Source: the human T2T-CHM13v2.0 reference genome, Homo sapiens
Assembly (NCBI RefSeq): GCF_009914755.1
Contig: NC_060929.1
Reading direction: 5' to 3' (one strand)
Length of the DNA stretch: 64,000 nt
Part shown: positions 62,950-64,000 of the stretch, in pieces
How positions within the stretch are numbered: the first letter of the stretch is position 1
How the letters are laid out: each line of letters starts with the position of its first letter
Notes under the pieces: model-generated
What the model was told of the DNA's origin: nothing
Database searches by the model: none
What the model saw: only the letters and a program-made list of their open reading frames with translations
Made by a program: the position numbers and the translations under genes

Positions 62950-63450
<501 letters not shown>

Positions 63451-64000
63451 GTAGACAATACGAAATAAATATAAAGCAGTCTCCACTTTGGAAAAACAGA
63501 AGACTCTTACTGCCTCATAGTATAGATTAAAAAATGAAATACTAAGACAAGTAAAACGTTCTTTAAAGAACAAAAACAAAAGAAAACCTAATGAAAGCTA
63601 AAAAAGTCCATTGGATAATAATGCTACCAGTACTAAGGAAGTACAGCCCCTAAAAGTGACTTGCAGTCACAAATATAAAAATGACTATTCAAGTGAACTC
63701 CTAAGGTGAAAATTTCTTATTCACCATGCTCCAAAATGGTCTGTAATATTCTTCAGAGATGGCATGGTAAAGTACGATAAAAGGGTAATATTAACAGTAT
63801 GCTGTCACAGGTGCCATTCTCTTAAAAAAGAAATCCAAAAATAAATATAAATGGAAAGCAAATAATTAATGGAGTTTTGACGGTCAATCAATGGTAAATA
63901 TTATTGGCATTAGATTTTTCTATTAATTATAGTTTACCTATGATCATGTATTTTTCCATTTAAAAATTACCCTAAAACTTAATGGCTTAAAATAACAAAT

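Overview
Primate (human-like) genomic DNA; no prokaryotic features, CRISPR arrays or RNA genes are evident. The window is a mosaic typical of a segmental duplication. (1) About 1-36,900 is AT-rich and gene-poor, packed with MaLR LTR elements (MST/THE1/MLT1), L1 fragments, Tigger-family DNA transposons and scattered Alus. (2) About 36,950-49,970 is Alu-dense and GC-richer. It carries an unprocessed beta-glucuronidase (GUSB) pseudogene on the minus strand: exon 5, a truncated exon 6, and exons 9, 10 and 11, all with GT/AG sites; exons 7-8 are deleted, there are frameshifts, and the catalytic Glu codon is lost. (3) About 50,000-55,450 is transposon-rich. (4) About 55,700-60,100 holds an intronless 3.5-kb POM121-like ORF on the plus strand, made of roughly 3.8 frame-preserving tandem units of 0.8-0.9 kb and ending in a hydrophobic tail. 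(5) The end is transposon-rich. The GUSB-pseudogene plus POM121-like pairing resembles the chr5 (5q13 SMA region / 5p) GUSBP duplicons; this is recalled, not verified. The strongest leads are the coding macrosatellite-like ORF with a possible tail anchor read from an antisense poly(A)-like tract, a deletion-created splice donor that restores the GUSB frame, and a perfect 310-bp non-tandem local duplication. I cannot claim an undescribed system from sequence alone. Repeat subfamily names and GUSB comparisons are from memory, and many repeat boundaries are approximate.
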